The position numbers and the translations under genes were made by a program. The notes beneath the pieces were generated by a model. That model was not told where the DNA came from, searched no databases, and worked only from the letters and a program-made list of their open reading frames with translations. Shown piece by piece: positions 48,744 through 61,000 of a DNA stretch of 64,000 nucleotides. The DNA is taken from assembly GCA_965112155.1 (NCBI GenBank), contig OZ218112.1, one strand, 5' to 3'. The DNA is from Podarcis liolepis. Its lineage: Eukaryota. The first letter of the stretch is position 1. Each line of letters starts with the position of its first letter.

Positions 48744-50232
48744 ACCAACAGATTGTACAAAGTTACCAGCCACCTGTTCAATGCATTCTCTTGCCCAACA
48801 ACATTCCACTGGTACAAGGCATTTCTTCAGTAGAACAAGTAAACCACTAAGTGACTTTAAGACAGATGTTTCCTTTGTCACTGTGTCCTTTGTCATGGTG
48901 TTCCTGTGTTGCTACCTGCCCCACACCTGAATCACATATTGATTGCCTCACCACCCTCAGAGGCTTGGGCAGGGGTAGCAGTCAGGAGAGGGCATTCTAT
49001 ATAGCATTCTCCCCTAAGTTGTGGAATTCCCATACCACAGAGATGTATCTGGCATCTTCATTATACAGCTTTCAGTGAATGCTGAAAATACACCTCTTTA
49101 TTCTAACCTTTGACATCTGAAATATGATGTCCCAAAAAATGGAAACCAAAGGTCCATTTTGGGGACCCACCATATTTCTGTAATGGTAAGTCACTTAAGC
49201 CTGTTTTCAACCTTGTGTTTTAATTGTTGTAACCTGCCCAAAACCATATGTGTGGAGGTGGTTTAACAACAACAACAACAACAACAACAATGTGGGTTAG
49301 GTGAGGGAAATGTCCTTGCAGACCAAATTGGGACCCATGCTGAGGTCTATTTAGGCCCACAGGCTGGAGGCTCTCCACCCTTATGATAAGAAATGCGCTT
49401 ATACCTGCAGTTGTCATTTTTCACAGCTCAGTGTCAGGAAAGGCCATCTTTAGAGGGGTTTTTAATGGACTCCCCAGGAAGAAGTATTAGCACAGCAGTA
49501 TGTCTGGCTGCAGCAGAAATACAATTATGCAAATGAGACATGCTCCCTGAAGAGTCCTAACAGGATTTTTGTCCCATATACTGTTTCAATTTGTTCTCAT
49601 GCCCTCTTTCTCTTCATTGTCTTCCAGATGCACAAGAAATTGAAACTTTTAGCTGAATTGTTTCCCAATTATATATCAAAAGGGGCTGCTGTCTGTCCGC
49701 GTCAAGAGCAATTAATTGTTTGCTCGCTGCTTAGATCAATGTGCCAGCTTCCAAATAACAGCAAATTGTCTTATAAAGCATCTCAAATGCAAAGGAAACT
49801 GGGGCCATCTTATTGCACTGTAACTGTAACTCTTTTTCTGCTGATCACCCTAATAATTAAGTTTTGAAGAGGTGAGGAGATGAATGATTGGTTGCAATTT
49901 CAAGAATGTATGGTTTCAGTTACGGTAAAAACAGGCAGCATTCCACTGAATTATCTATATTTTCTTTAGGTGAGATCATGTAACTCACTGGGGGTGATAT
50001 TTTTGTAAACACACAACACAATTATCGGGCAGATGGCTCTATAGTGGTGTAGTGATTAGTGTGGGATATTATTGCAGTCAAAGCAACAATTCATGTTCTG
50101 CCAGATAGGCACATGAAGGGTTAAGGTTCACAGAGCTTTCTTGTTAGAGAGAATTCTGTGACATCGCTTCCTTTGTCTGCCTTGGGCAGCCTTCCTGCCT
50201 GGGCAGCCTTCTCTTTCTTCCCCATGCTTCCA

Positions 50233-50764
50233 TTTTTTAAATATATATATATATATTTATTAAAGTTTCAAAAAAAGGAACTGCATAAAAACAAAAAATA
50301 CAAGAATAACATACAAGAATAAAAAACAAAAATAAAAATACAAGAAAAATACAGAATAAGTACACAGATTAAAAAAATAAAAATAAAAGATCAACCTTTC
50401 CATATCTTACATTCATATCCTTGTTTCCTTGACCTCCTCATACCTCCTTTTTTTGTATTCCAATTCAATTAATTTAATTCAGCAATTTCTTTCCCACCTT
50501 ATTATCCTGATCTTTAATCTTAATATATTATAACATTAAATTTTTACCTATTTAAAAATCCAATTTTCCATATTCTTTTATATCATTACAGCTAGAAACC
50601 GCTTAACTTCATTCAAACATCATTCTAACATTCATTAATTTTACAATACTTCTGTAAATAGTCTTTAAATTTCTTCCAATCTTCTTCCACTGACTCTTCT
50701 CCCTGGTCTCGGATTCTACCAGTCATTTCCGCCAGTTCCATGTAGTCCATCACTTTCATCTGCC
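50233..50764 (-). mobile_element. L1-clade LINE 3' fragment with 16-bp TSD
   Basis: Perfect TSD cttccccatgcttcca at 50217-50232 and 50765-50780; T-rich/TA tail and TTTATT at the left end; minus-strand peptide QMKVMDYMELAEMTGRIRDQGEESVEEDWKKFKDYLQKYCK. Confidence 0.9.
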
Positions 50765-50956
50765 CTTCCCCATGCTTCCAAGCTGACCACACATGCCTGT
50801 CTGAGCTCTGCAGCTCGGACCCCATTTTGAACTTAGATTTTGTACTTTTGTAACTTATAGTAGCTATAAATCTGCCTAATTTTGCTTCTGTAATCACTGC
50901 TTCAGTACCTAGATTATGTAAGTAACTACTACCTTTATTGCTTCACAAACAATGTA

Positions 50957-51217
50957 CAGTAATACTTTGGATTACAGACGCTTCAGGTTGCGTGTTTTTG
51001 GGATACGGATGCACCGAAACCCGGAAGTACTGGAACGGGTTACTTCTGGGTTTCCGCGCTTGCGCATGCACAAAAACACTAAATCGCGCTTTGTGCATGC
51101 ACAGAAGTGCCCAATCGCAACCCGCGCATGTGCAGACACAGCGCTGTGGGTTGCAGACACTGCAGGTTGTGAACGTGCCTCCTGCATGGATCATGTTCGC
51201 AACCCGAGCATCCACTG
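50957..51217. mobile_element. Tigger/pogo-like MITE, family 3
   Basis: TA-CAGT...ACTG-TA termini with imperfect TIRs; CpG-rich interior with 'aacccggaagta/tacttctgggtt' inverted blocks. Confidence 0.8.
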
Positions 51218-51396
51218 TATGTTTGATTTTAAGGGGCAGAAAAGGAGTAATACTGGGAAAAGTCTATCTTAAATCACCCTGGATTATTGTTTCTAGAAGG
51301 TTAAATCAACCTTGTCTTAGTTTCCCAGTTTAAGCTGCAAAGGATGATACAGCAGGACAATATATCCTCTCCTAGTGTATAAATCCATTCCTACAG

Positions 51397-51605
51397 TTAG
51401 AATGTCAGACTAGGACCTGGGAGAAAAGGACTCAAATCCCCACGCAGCCATGAAGCTCCCTGGGTGACCTTGGGCCAGTTACTGCCTCTCAGCCTAAGCT
51501 ACCTCACAGGGCCATTGTAATGATAAAATGGGAAGAAGGACTACGTATACCACTTTGAGCTCTTTGAAGCAAAAGTGGGGTATAATGTAGTAACATAAAT
51601 AAATA
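51397..51605 (+). mobile_element. Older CORE/MIR-like tRNA SINE
   Basis: 'gactcaaatcccc...gggtgaccttgggccagt...cctcacagg' and an (AAAT)n tail. Confidence 0.65.
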
Positions 51606-51810
51606 ACACTGTTATTTCTTAAATCCACACCCACTCTTCCCTCAAGGAGCTCAGAATGACACAGGACTCTTCAGTAGCAGCGAATCCAGTAGGGTGAAGT
51701 GGAGCAACGTGGTTCAACTGGCTTTCCAGTGCTGGGGCTGCTTCTGGCCACTGAGAGGGACATGGGTATGAGAGCTTTGTCTGGTGCAGCTACAATAGCA
51801 GGAAGCTCTC

Positions 51811-52132
51811 TGTTATGTACTGAGCTGAATCCTAGAACAATGGGATCCAGATTGCAGCAGTCTGATTGGTCCGCATGAGCCACCCAATCCAGCTCCAGGT
51901 GGAAGTGAATCAGCGACCTGATTGGCCTGCAGGAGCAGCCAATCAGGTTTCTAGAGGAAGTGAATCCGCAGCCTGATTGGCCTACAAGAGCAGCCCGGAA
52001 TTAGCCAATCATGCAGGGCCCATTGTGTAAATAATGTATATATAGCTAGACGTTTTGGGGAAAGTTTCATTCATTGCTACTACGAGCTGAATAAAGAGCA
52101 TGAAATTCACATTCGACTCCGAGTATATTTCA
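51811..52132 (+). mobile_element. Solo LTR, 322 bp
   Basis: TG...CA termini, perfect 5-bp TSD CTCTC (51806-51810, 52133-52137), TATATATA 52037-52044, AATAAA 52090-52095. Confidence 0.92.
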
Positions 52133-54479
52133 CTCTCATATTCCTGCTCTTATGTTCAGTTCTCCACAGTGCTATTTATCTAGGAAAAGAGGTGCTGGAA
52201 CATACTACAAACGCCTCCATTGCTCTCTTATGATGGCAACGGCACCCACCTGAGAGGTGCAGGAACTGAGCTCTGGTAAGTTCTGGCTGAAAAAAGCCCT
52301 GTTTCACCACATTTCACCACCAGTTTGTGATCGTTATTTTCCTTCAAAAATCAAAAACAAAAACAAGTACTCATGAAAATTCCACAGGATTTTAGAGTGG
52401 ATTTCTGCTAATATATGCATTTTCTTAAAGCAGTTTCCCCTTATATAATGCATTTTTGTGAACTACTTTTAGTAATATATGCATTTTCATATGGGTTTTT
52501 TTGTATACACTATTGCACTGGAGAAGTACAATGCAAAATTTGGAGATGCGTGAATTTTGAAGAATGATTGTGTTTCATGCCCTGAGATCTACGGATGAAG
52601 GGCAGTATGCAAATTAAACAATTAAATAATAAATAAAACATAATGCATTGTTCTGGAAAGCGAAGGTTAGGTAGGTTCTCCTATAAATGCAAATGGAATA
52701 GAATTCCTCCCCCATTCCTACTTTTTCCCAGTCCTATCTGAAGAAGCTGCGGTTGAACCCGTGGCCTTTGGCATGCAAATCACTCGCTTTACCGCTAAGC
52801 CATGGTACTTCCTGTTAAGTTCATTTTCCTAAAGGAAAGTAGCCCACTTCACTAAACCCAAAGAAATTATCTTCCAATAGCCTTCTTTAAATAGAGGCAG
52901 ATTGGCCATCTGCTAATGATGCTGTAGCTGCAGATTCAGACTGTGGGGTTGAAGATGTTGACCTCTGATGTCCCTTTTATGACTAACCTCTGTGATATTG
53001 TCAGCCGTTATCACTGATGCCCTTAAAAGAACTAAGTTCTGTAGCTGAAGTTGGAAAGTTTTTCCAAGGACATTTACAAATAAATATTTTCTCCCCCAAG
53101 AACATTAAGGAGGTGCATCCCAGAGAGTCTCCTTTGGTTCTACCTGCGATTGAACCCCACACGGCACAGCTTTCTCCAGAGCCTCTGATGAGCCTTGGAG
53201 AGCACGATGGGAAGGGATGGAAGCACTTCACCTTGATTGAGCTGTGTTTTGCCGCAGATCATCTTTAATTGAGTACGACAAGTTTCTCCCTAGTCGAGTG
53301 TGCTTTGATTCACATTTCAAAGCTCTCCTGTCAGGTGTGTCTCAGAAGATACCATTGAAGTCTGTTGCTAGTCTCAGGCAAGTTCTCCTGTGTGTGTGTG
53401 TTGTTCTTTTCTTACAAAAAATTATTTATTTATACACTTAGAGCATACTGCACCCTGTTTAGATAGAAAACTGAGATGGAAGAGACTTCTGTTGCTTAAT
53501 AGGGAATCTGCTGAGGAATAGATAAGACTTTGTTGTTTTTGTTATCCTTGGAAGACCAAAGATGCAGCGGACAAACATAAATGCATTAAAGCTTTTTTTG
53601 GAGTGGGGGGCAGTAGTACAAAGTAATGCAGAGAAATGGTTTTGGCACACATTATCTCTATTTTTGAGCAGACATTAGTTCAGATTCTGAATATTTTGTG
53701 CAGAGTAGAATGACAATGATTATTTGCAAATACTCGACAGTCATCAGGTTTTTTTTTTTATTTTGGCAATCTCACATTCAGGATTTCAAATTCACTTTAG
53801 GAATAGGAATTTGTAAATATCAACTTTTTTGAAAACAGGTCCTCCTGCAATGCTTGGTTGTGGTGGTGAACGTCAGATTTGTAAAGTCACATGCTGCTGG
53901 TAATCCAAAAGTAAATTTAACTGTAGTATGTTACCTATCAAATGCTGCCAGGTATTAAATACTAGGGATGCACACTAATTTCAAGATTTGGGTCATATTT
54001 CAATTTGGTGCTTTGATTCAGCTCAGATGGGTATGGAGGGAGAGGGCATTTTTAGCTGTGGCTCCACATCTGTGGAATGCTCTACTCAGCAAGGTTTGCA
54101 TGGTCCCTTCTCTGAGTTTTTTTTTAGCTGTTGTATGTATCTTAGTCCAACTCAGAGTCAACCCACGGAAATTAATTCAGTCATCAGTTTACTCTGGTTA
54201 GGACTAGCATTGAATACACACTTGCGTGTGTGCGCGCGTGTGCACCCCCCCATAAGTTAATGGAGATGACCCATTGAAATTAATAATATTTTTATGAGGC
54301 CCTCTCCCTTATTAACATCCTCTGAGACTCCCTCAGAGGGGGGACCTGGAGAAAGGTCTAGGTAGGTTCTAGGGTCTATGTAGGGCCCTATCAGAAGAGA
54401 CATTTCAGAACATATTGGGGTCTGGAGCCATAAAGAATTGGGCTGAGAAGTATACAAATAGCCAACGTAGTTGTAACAG

Positions 54480-54915
54480 AAGAGGTGCTACATGATCTGT
54501 TCACCTCAAACCTGTCAACAGTTGGCAGCTACATTCTACACTGAACCATTTTCAAAGGTGGCCTCATGTAAGGCACATTGTATTAGTCCTATCTTGAGTT
54601 AGCCAGAACATAAGACTACTGTAGCCAAGTTATCCCTATCCAAATAAGGCTGCAGTTGGGCCACCAGCCCAAGCTGATGGATGGTACTCTGTGCCACTGA
54701 TGCCGTCTCTTTCTCAAGTAATAGCAATGGATCCAGAAGAACCTCCAAACTACAAACCCACTTCTTCAGAGGGAGTTTGATCCCATTTAGAGCAGGACAC
54801 GTGTCACTCAGCAGGTCAAAGGAACCTTCTACTAACAACATCTCAGTATTGTCTGGATTCAGCTGCATAGTGAATCCAGAAGCTGTAGAGCTTATTCTGG
54901 AGCTGGCATCCAAGT
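54480..54915 (-). mobile_element. Old L2-clade LINE ORF2 fragment
   Basis: QLNPDNTEMLLV...VCSLEVLLDPLL...LQPYLDRDNLATVV matches the L2 LNPDKTE...LGVLLD region. Confidence 0.75.
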
Positions 54916-56031
54916 AGATGTGGAACCACTCTAATGTAGTGCCCCGAATACCAACTCAGACTGTTGCCACCAGAAGAATGGTATCAAAAGCTGAAAAAAC
55001 AGCAGAGCTATACACCCCTTGTTTCTTTCACAACATAGGCCATTTTGCATGCTTTTCAATTCATTTCCCCCCAAAATATGCATTATGGTACGCACTTTTC
55101 TTGCAAAGCACACATTTTAAAAACCAAAACTGCACCACAAAATTCAGACTGATGCACAACCTTATAGTTAACTATTTTCTAATTTGCATATAAATCTGAG
55201 AATTTATAGTCTGGGCTGATTTACTTTAAAATGCGATCTTAATGAAATTATCCTTCATCCTTAGTCTACACACACAGGAACTGACACAGGTTGGACCCTG
55301 GCACTCTGAAATCAGAGAGACCACCTGTAAACGTGAAGTAAAGAGCCAAAGATGCAAGATAAAATTAATACCTGTTTTGGTGATTATGCCTGTCTAATTG
55401 GTATTACTGCTGTTACATATCCGTTAGACATAGAACTGCCCAACAAAATCTAATTAGCTCTTTAAACTCATTTATGTGCCACATTAAATCTTGTGCTTGT
55501 CACATTCAAAATTTGTTTAAACCTTAATAATATTCAAGATCATGTACTTGCATTAAAAGGCAACATGTGTTGGCGTTATAATGGATATTTTAATCCTGGC
55601 AATTCATTACTGCTCTAACAACTTTTTATTTATTTATTTATCTATCTAGGCAAATCATTTATCTTTCCAGTAAGATTTATGAGACAGTTTGATTAAAAGT
55701 ACCGAAAACCTGGAGCTAGTTATTTATTTTGTGTTTATTTCCAGGTTGTTAATTCAGTAAAAATTTGGACACTGAGCCACATTTATTTCAATGAGGCAAA
55801 CTAATCCACCATCTAGTAACAAATGCTTGAGTTCATGTATGGACAAATATTTAATTTGAATGCAGGAGAAAGCAGGCTATAATTTAGAAAAAGAAGAAGG
55901 AGGAGAAGAAGGAGAAGAAGGAGAAGTCTTCAAATAAAAATGACAAGCAACATAGTTTTAGCAATAACTTGCAGCTATCTTTTCAGATGCAAATTATAAA
56001 GGTATTATTACAAGCACTCTCATACTAAAAT

Positions 56032-56095
56032 CCATGTGCCTCACTGATGAGTGTTAAATACAAACGAGACCTAGTAGTTCAGAGTCAGACCATGG
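56032..56095 (+). ncRNA. Degenerate HH9-like type I hammerhead ribozyme, probably inactive
   Basis: CCAUGUGCCUCA-CUGAUGA-GUGU-UAAAUAC-AAAC-GAGAC-CUAGUAG-UUC-AGAGUCAGACCAUGG. All three stems and the core are in register, with four substitutions including A14G. Confidence 0.55.
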
Positions 56096-56329
56096 AACTG
56101 TCTGACAACCTCTTTCCCAACAGCAACCAACCACTGCTGCAATGTGCTGTTACTTGCAGCTGCCCTTGGTGTGGAATGCAGTGGCTAGGCTACTGACCAG
56201 GGTAGATATCTGATAGCATGTGACACCTCTGTTAAAACATCTGCACTGGCTGCCCATATACTACTGGCAAAGGTTCAAGGGACTTGTGTGAATATACAAA
56301 CCCTGAGCAACTTGGATCTAGGAAAGCTT

Positions 56330-56660
56330 AAGGGTTCCCCAAACCCTTATATTCCAGGGTGATCACTGGCATCATCTGGGAAGGCACAATAAACTTGCCT
56401 CCCCCCATGTTACAGAAACTTGACTGGCCTCAGCTAAAAGTCAGGCATTTATTGTTGTTGGTCCTGTGCTGTGGAACAATCTTCCCTCTATGATTCAGTA
56501 GGCACCCTCGCTTTTGAATTTCAGATGTCTATTGAATACCTTTATATGCTAATAGGCCTTTGCAACTGTTTCATTTTCAGTTTTGATTAGACAGTCATCT
56601 TCATAACCTGCATTTTTAAAATAACATTGTACACCACCTTGATGTTTTATGACATGGAGG
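56330..56660 (+). mobile_element. Old L2 3' fragment
   Basis: 'caggcatttattgttgttggtcctgtgctgtggaacaatcttccc' encodes QAFIVVGPVLWNNLP, the L2 RAFSVxAPxLWNxLP motif. Confidence 0.6.
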
Positions 56661-56725
56661 TACAGAAATACTCTTCCCCCACCACAAAAAAGAAAAAGAA
56701 ACAAAAGCTATGCTTTTAGGAAACC

Positions 56726-57469
56726 TATTGCGTGACAAGTTCCCTCCCCCAATGAAATGAAGACACAGGACACGTTAGTTAAGGTTAATGGGCGTAAATG
56801 GCCACAACTTTATTGATTACAGAATTGAAGGTATTGGCCTTAGGCATTGGACCCTATCACTACCCGGCATGGGAACCGGGAAGGGTTGAACACAAACCGT
56901 GAGTGCCCTGCTGAAGTACGCCAGCTAGGACCCCCACGGGTGTCACCGCTCGTGGGCGTGCCGGCGGCCCTCACCTTACTAGGTCTCGGACAAGGCAAAC
57001 GCCCCCGGAGTCCTCTACCGGACTACCCTTTCCTCGGGGGAAGGAGATGGCGTGTCCTTCCCCCACCTCCATTTGCATAACAATAGACCCCAGCCAATGC
57101 CTAACCGCCAAAACCACGAAAGTTGTGACGATTTGCTACGAGGTAGGCGAAAAAACCAAAAGGCAGAAAAGTTGCCAACTTGGAAAAATTCCTACCAGGC
57201 CCCTTGCGGCGACCAACCGAAGTCCATAGCAAGGTCAAGACAGCCTAACCTAAGGGTGGGTGGGCTGGGAAAACCTCTCCGCTGGCTAGGAGTGACTGAA
57301 CGAAAGGGGAGATCCCGGGGGCGTGCCTGGCCTTAAATAGTCCAGGCCACGCCTCCAGGGTCCGCCGATTGGCGGACAGGGAAGCCGGGGAGGCACGCCC
57401 CCGGGGATTCCCTGGCTCTCGCGGGGCTAACACCAGCCCCGCGCTTGTGGGAGGGGCCAGCCCGCAACA
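56726..57469 (-). mobile_element. ORF-less promoter+polyA unit related to the Ngaro element's repeats
   Basis: Matches 'ctgtaa(c/t)caataaagttgtggcc' of 15386-15408 at 22/23 and shares the ttaggcattgg/ccaatgcctaa inverted repeat. Minus-strand CCAAT (57368-72) and TATTTAA (57333-39). CpG-rich; no TSD. Confidence 0.7.
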
Positions 57470-57689
57470 CCCTCTCCTCCCTAGGCTCGGAAATGGCTTA
57501 AGCAGATGATGGACAGATCCAACCAATGATGGCTGTTTCTTCACTGCCATTTGCTTCTTCTCAAACTACCCTGTAAAGTTAATGATGAAGGATGAAGCAC
57601 ATTACAATGTGAGACCAGACTGGGGCTCTGTCTCTACATGGTTTCTACATTCCTTGGTTATCAAAGAAGCAATGGGGTGTCCTTAAATC

Positions 57690-58090
57690 TGGTGTATGTG
57701 TCACCAAAGCAAGATGACATGGATATGAGAACTCAGGGCCACCCAACGAAGCTGATTCAGGACAAAGGAAGTACTTCTTCATCCAGCAATGCATAATTAG
57801 ACTTTGGGGGTTTGTTTCCACTGGAGTCAGTCATGGCCACTAATTTGGATGGTTTGAAAAGAGGATTAGACAAATTCACGGAAGATAAAGACACTAGTGG
57901 CTACCAGCCATGATGGCTATGTTTTACCACCACTTTTACAGATGGCGTACTTCTCAATGCCAGTTGCTGGAGTTGCAGGTAGGGAGGGTGCTGTGGGATT
58001 TCCATGGGCATCTATTTGGCCCCTGTTATAACAGGATGCTGGATTGGTCAAGCCTTTGGCCTGACTGAGCAGCCTCTTCCCATGTTCACA
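57690..58090 (+). mobile_element. Old CR1 3' end (ORF2 tail plus 3' UTR)
   Basis: 'actcagggccacccaacgaagctg...aggaagtacttcttc...ttgaaaagaggattagacaaattc' corresponds to the TRGH...RKYFF...FKRGLDKF CR1 C-terminus. Confidence 0.7.
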
Positions 58091-61000
58091 GGGCAGAAGC
58101 ATCTATGTGGCTGTATCCCATCTTTCCCAGTAACAGAATGGCATGGCTTTTACTCCAGCCTTTGTTGGTCATCCCTGAGGTATAGTCCTTACGGGATTAT
58201 TTGCTTTGTTCCAAAGCTAAGTCAATGTGCGAACACTCCAAACATGAACGCCAATTATCCCACTTCTGATCTCTCTTGCAAAGCTGTGGTATGTGGGACT
58301 ACTCTGAGGAAATGCTCTGAGGATTGCAACCAGAAAAAAACCATGCGGGCCTTTGGGTTATCATGAGCTCCGTAGAAAATTCTGTCACACGTTGTCATTC
58401 ATCCTGAGATATCCATTTGTCTAAAAGCAATTAAAGCTTAATTGCTGCATAACCTGAATAATTTAGGAAGGCAAATGAGGAGAGCAGGCAAACAAGTATG
58501 TGTTCATTAATTTCTTTGTTATCGCCATCTGTTTAATTAAAAAACTACTTTTACTGAATGAGAGTTTACTATCTAAATGTTTTCTTAATTGAAAATATCT
58601 CCACCAATGGAGGTCAGCAGCCAGTGAAATATATTTGAGCTTGTACATAAACATGGGTGTTAAAGAAATTCTAAATTTCATGGGAGCAGGGGAAACTGTC
58701 CCAAATGGAAAAGTGCAGATAGCACCATAGTCAATAATTTTTCTTCTTCCCCAAACAGTTGAATGGGTTGAATGGGTTATTATGAGAGCTGTCATGCTTG
58801 CTTGCTTGCTTATTTATTGACAAATGGTCCCAGGGCAGAACACACACATCAATAAAATAATTAATTAACACTCTTTTCAGACACGTGAAACATCACAAGC
58901 GCTCTGCTCCTTCTTGCCGACTCACCGCAGGCAACAGTACTGGATAGGCCAACAACTGACTGGCCCTTGGGAACCTTCCTGCGAGATGCCCCTCTCAGGC
59001 CATGCTCATTACCCATCTCCTCTAGCTAACAGTGGCTCTCCAGGGTTCCAGTCAAGAGTCTCCCCCAGCCCTACCAGGGATTGATCCTGGGACCTTCAAC
59101 ATGCAAAGCAAAAGCTCTACCACACAACTACAGTCCTTCTTGCTCTGTGGTCCAGATTCCTGTCTTGTTCTCTGGGTCTGTGCTCTTGATTTGTTCTGTT
59201 CCTGCTTATCATGGTGAGAGGTTGAGAAGCAAGCACTGATTCTGCAGGATGGACCATGGAAATTCTATCCATAAATCTCTCTGGGATTGTGTGATTCTGT
59301 GGGATGTTGCCCACACAATTTCAAGAATGTATTCATAGCTCTTATGAATTAGTAACATTCTTAAAAATAAAAATAAAGATGGGAATTCAAAATGTTAAAC
59401 TTTGCAACCAACCTTTTATGCTGTGCCTTTCTTCTCCTAGAAGATAACTGTGGCATAACTATAACCCTGGTTGGGCCTGATAAGGCAGCTGTTATGGGGA
59501 AGGATGACAGCTCAATGGCACTTTATGAAATCCCAGGTTCATCCACTGGCTGGGGAGGTGTTGGGAAGAAAATCTCTGCCTGAGATCCTGGGAACCACTG
59601 ATATACTGAGCAGGCTGTATTGGACTTAATGTATAACTAGTCTGCCATGGTTTAAGACAGCATCCTATACTCTATTTGACATAAAAACTTAAGAGCAGTT
59701 CTGCTGGATCAGATCAAGCAAAAGCCTTTGAATTCCAGCATTTTACTCTCACAGTGGCCAAACAGATGCTTGCGATTAGTGCATAAGGAAGATTTGAGTA
59801 AAGCAGCTCATTTCTGATCATGTCTTCTGAATTCAGAAGAAGAATAGGCTGGGCACCTAGATTCAAAATGGGGGTTTTGCACACTCTCCAGCAGGAGAAA
59901 GCCCTCAGCAGAGTTAAAAACACTATCAGAGTTAAGCAGCATCATAGCATGGAATACAGGTTGTCAAATCCTTTTGCATACCCCATTTAGTCTGCTTGGA
60001 AACACTTACCCCTCTAGCAATGAGCATACCGCACAATTTTTTTTACTTACTAAGTCCAAAGGTCTGGTTCATGCATTATTCCTCACAGCAGAAAGGAACA
60101 CACAGGCACATTACTCCTGGGTACAAAATACAGCATATAGTTTCAAATATGTAGTCTGAACTTGGATTAATTTCAGACATGTCCATCCTGGTTGGTTTTA
60201 TAGTTGGAGAGAGAGAGAAGAAGCTTTATTTCCTTCATCATGGACGTAAGGGTGTGTGACCTAGCTGAGTCTAAGAACAGACCTCTCTGGTCTTAACCCT
60301 TTCATGCACTAACTATCACTTATGCATAGTTATGTTTCACTTCCATCTTCCATAGTGAGGAGTTTCAGAGGGCCCCAGAGGGGAATGGCTCACAGATTCC
60401 AAGAAACAAATGGTAGGTAACCAATAGGGGCTAGTTCCCTCAGTCTGTATTCAGTCAGCCCCCCCTTTCCTGCCTTCTTACTTACAACCAGTCCAACAGG
60501 TGGCTATTGACCCGATCCAGCAGGCTCTTTGTATTTTCTTATGTTATCTTCCTCTTCCTCCTTAATCTTAGTGTTGCCCTTGTAGAACTCAGCAGGCAGG
60601 AGAAGAAGGACAAAACCAGAATTAAGTGGCTCTGCCTGCCATTAGCTCTGGCTCCACTTACCATTGGGATTCGACTCTTCCCACCAGTCCCCACGGGCGC
60701 CAGCCACCCTACCTAACACAGCAGAAAACATGATTGGCCACTGTAGGAAACAGGATGATGGACTAAGGCTCTTCTTTTATTTTTACCTTTCAACTGTTTC
60801 AACACTGTTCATCCCCCAAACCAAGCCTTTCAGATACTCACAACTGTTTGAGTGAAGGTTAGACTCCACATGTGCTGCTATGTTGTAAATTGATTTAGAA
60901 ATCTAAACAAAACACCCCCCCCCACATGTACTAGAAATGCTCCATATTTTACACATTTGGCTGCATTTTAATGGGCGACGTTTTAATGGGCAATGGCTGG

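Noticed and set aside
49547-49570. CTGAAGA followed by hairpin gtcct-aac-aggat as a third hammerhead
   Set aside because: No GAAA after the hairpin, and no stem I or III.
51862-52010. Periodic repeats as a CRISPR-like array
   Set aside because: They are whole-unit tandem duplications inside an LTR with no unique spacers, in a eukaryotic context.
52735-52760. 'tatctgaagaag' matching the start of the Penelope hammerhead
   Set aside because: No stem II or GAAA follows; it lies at the edge of a tRNA-SINE remnant.
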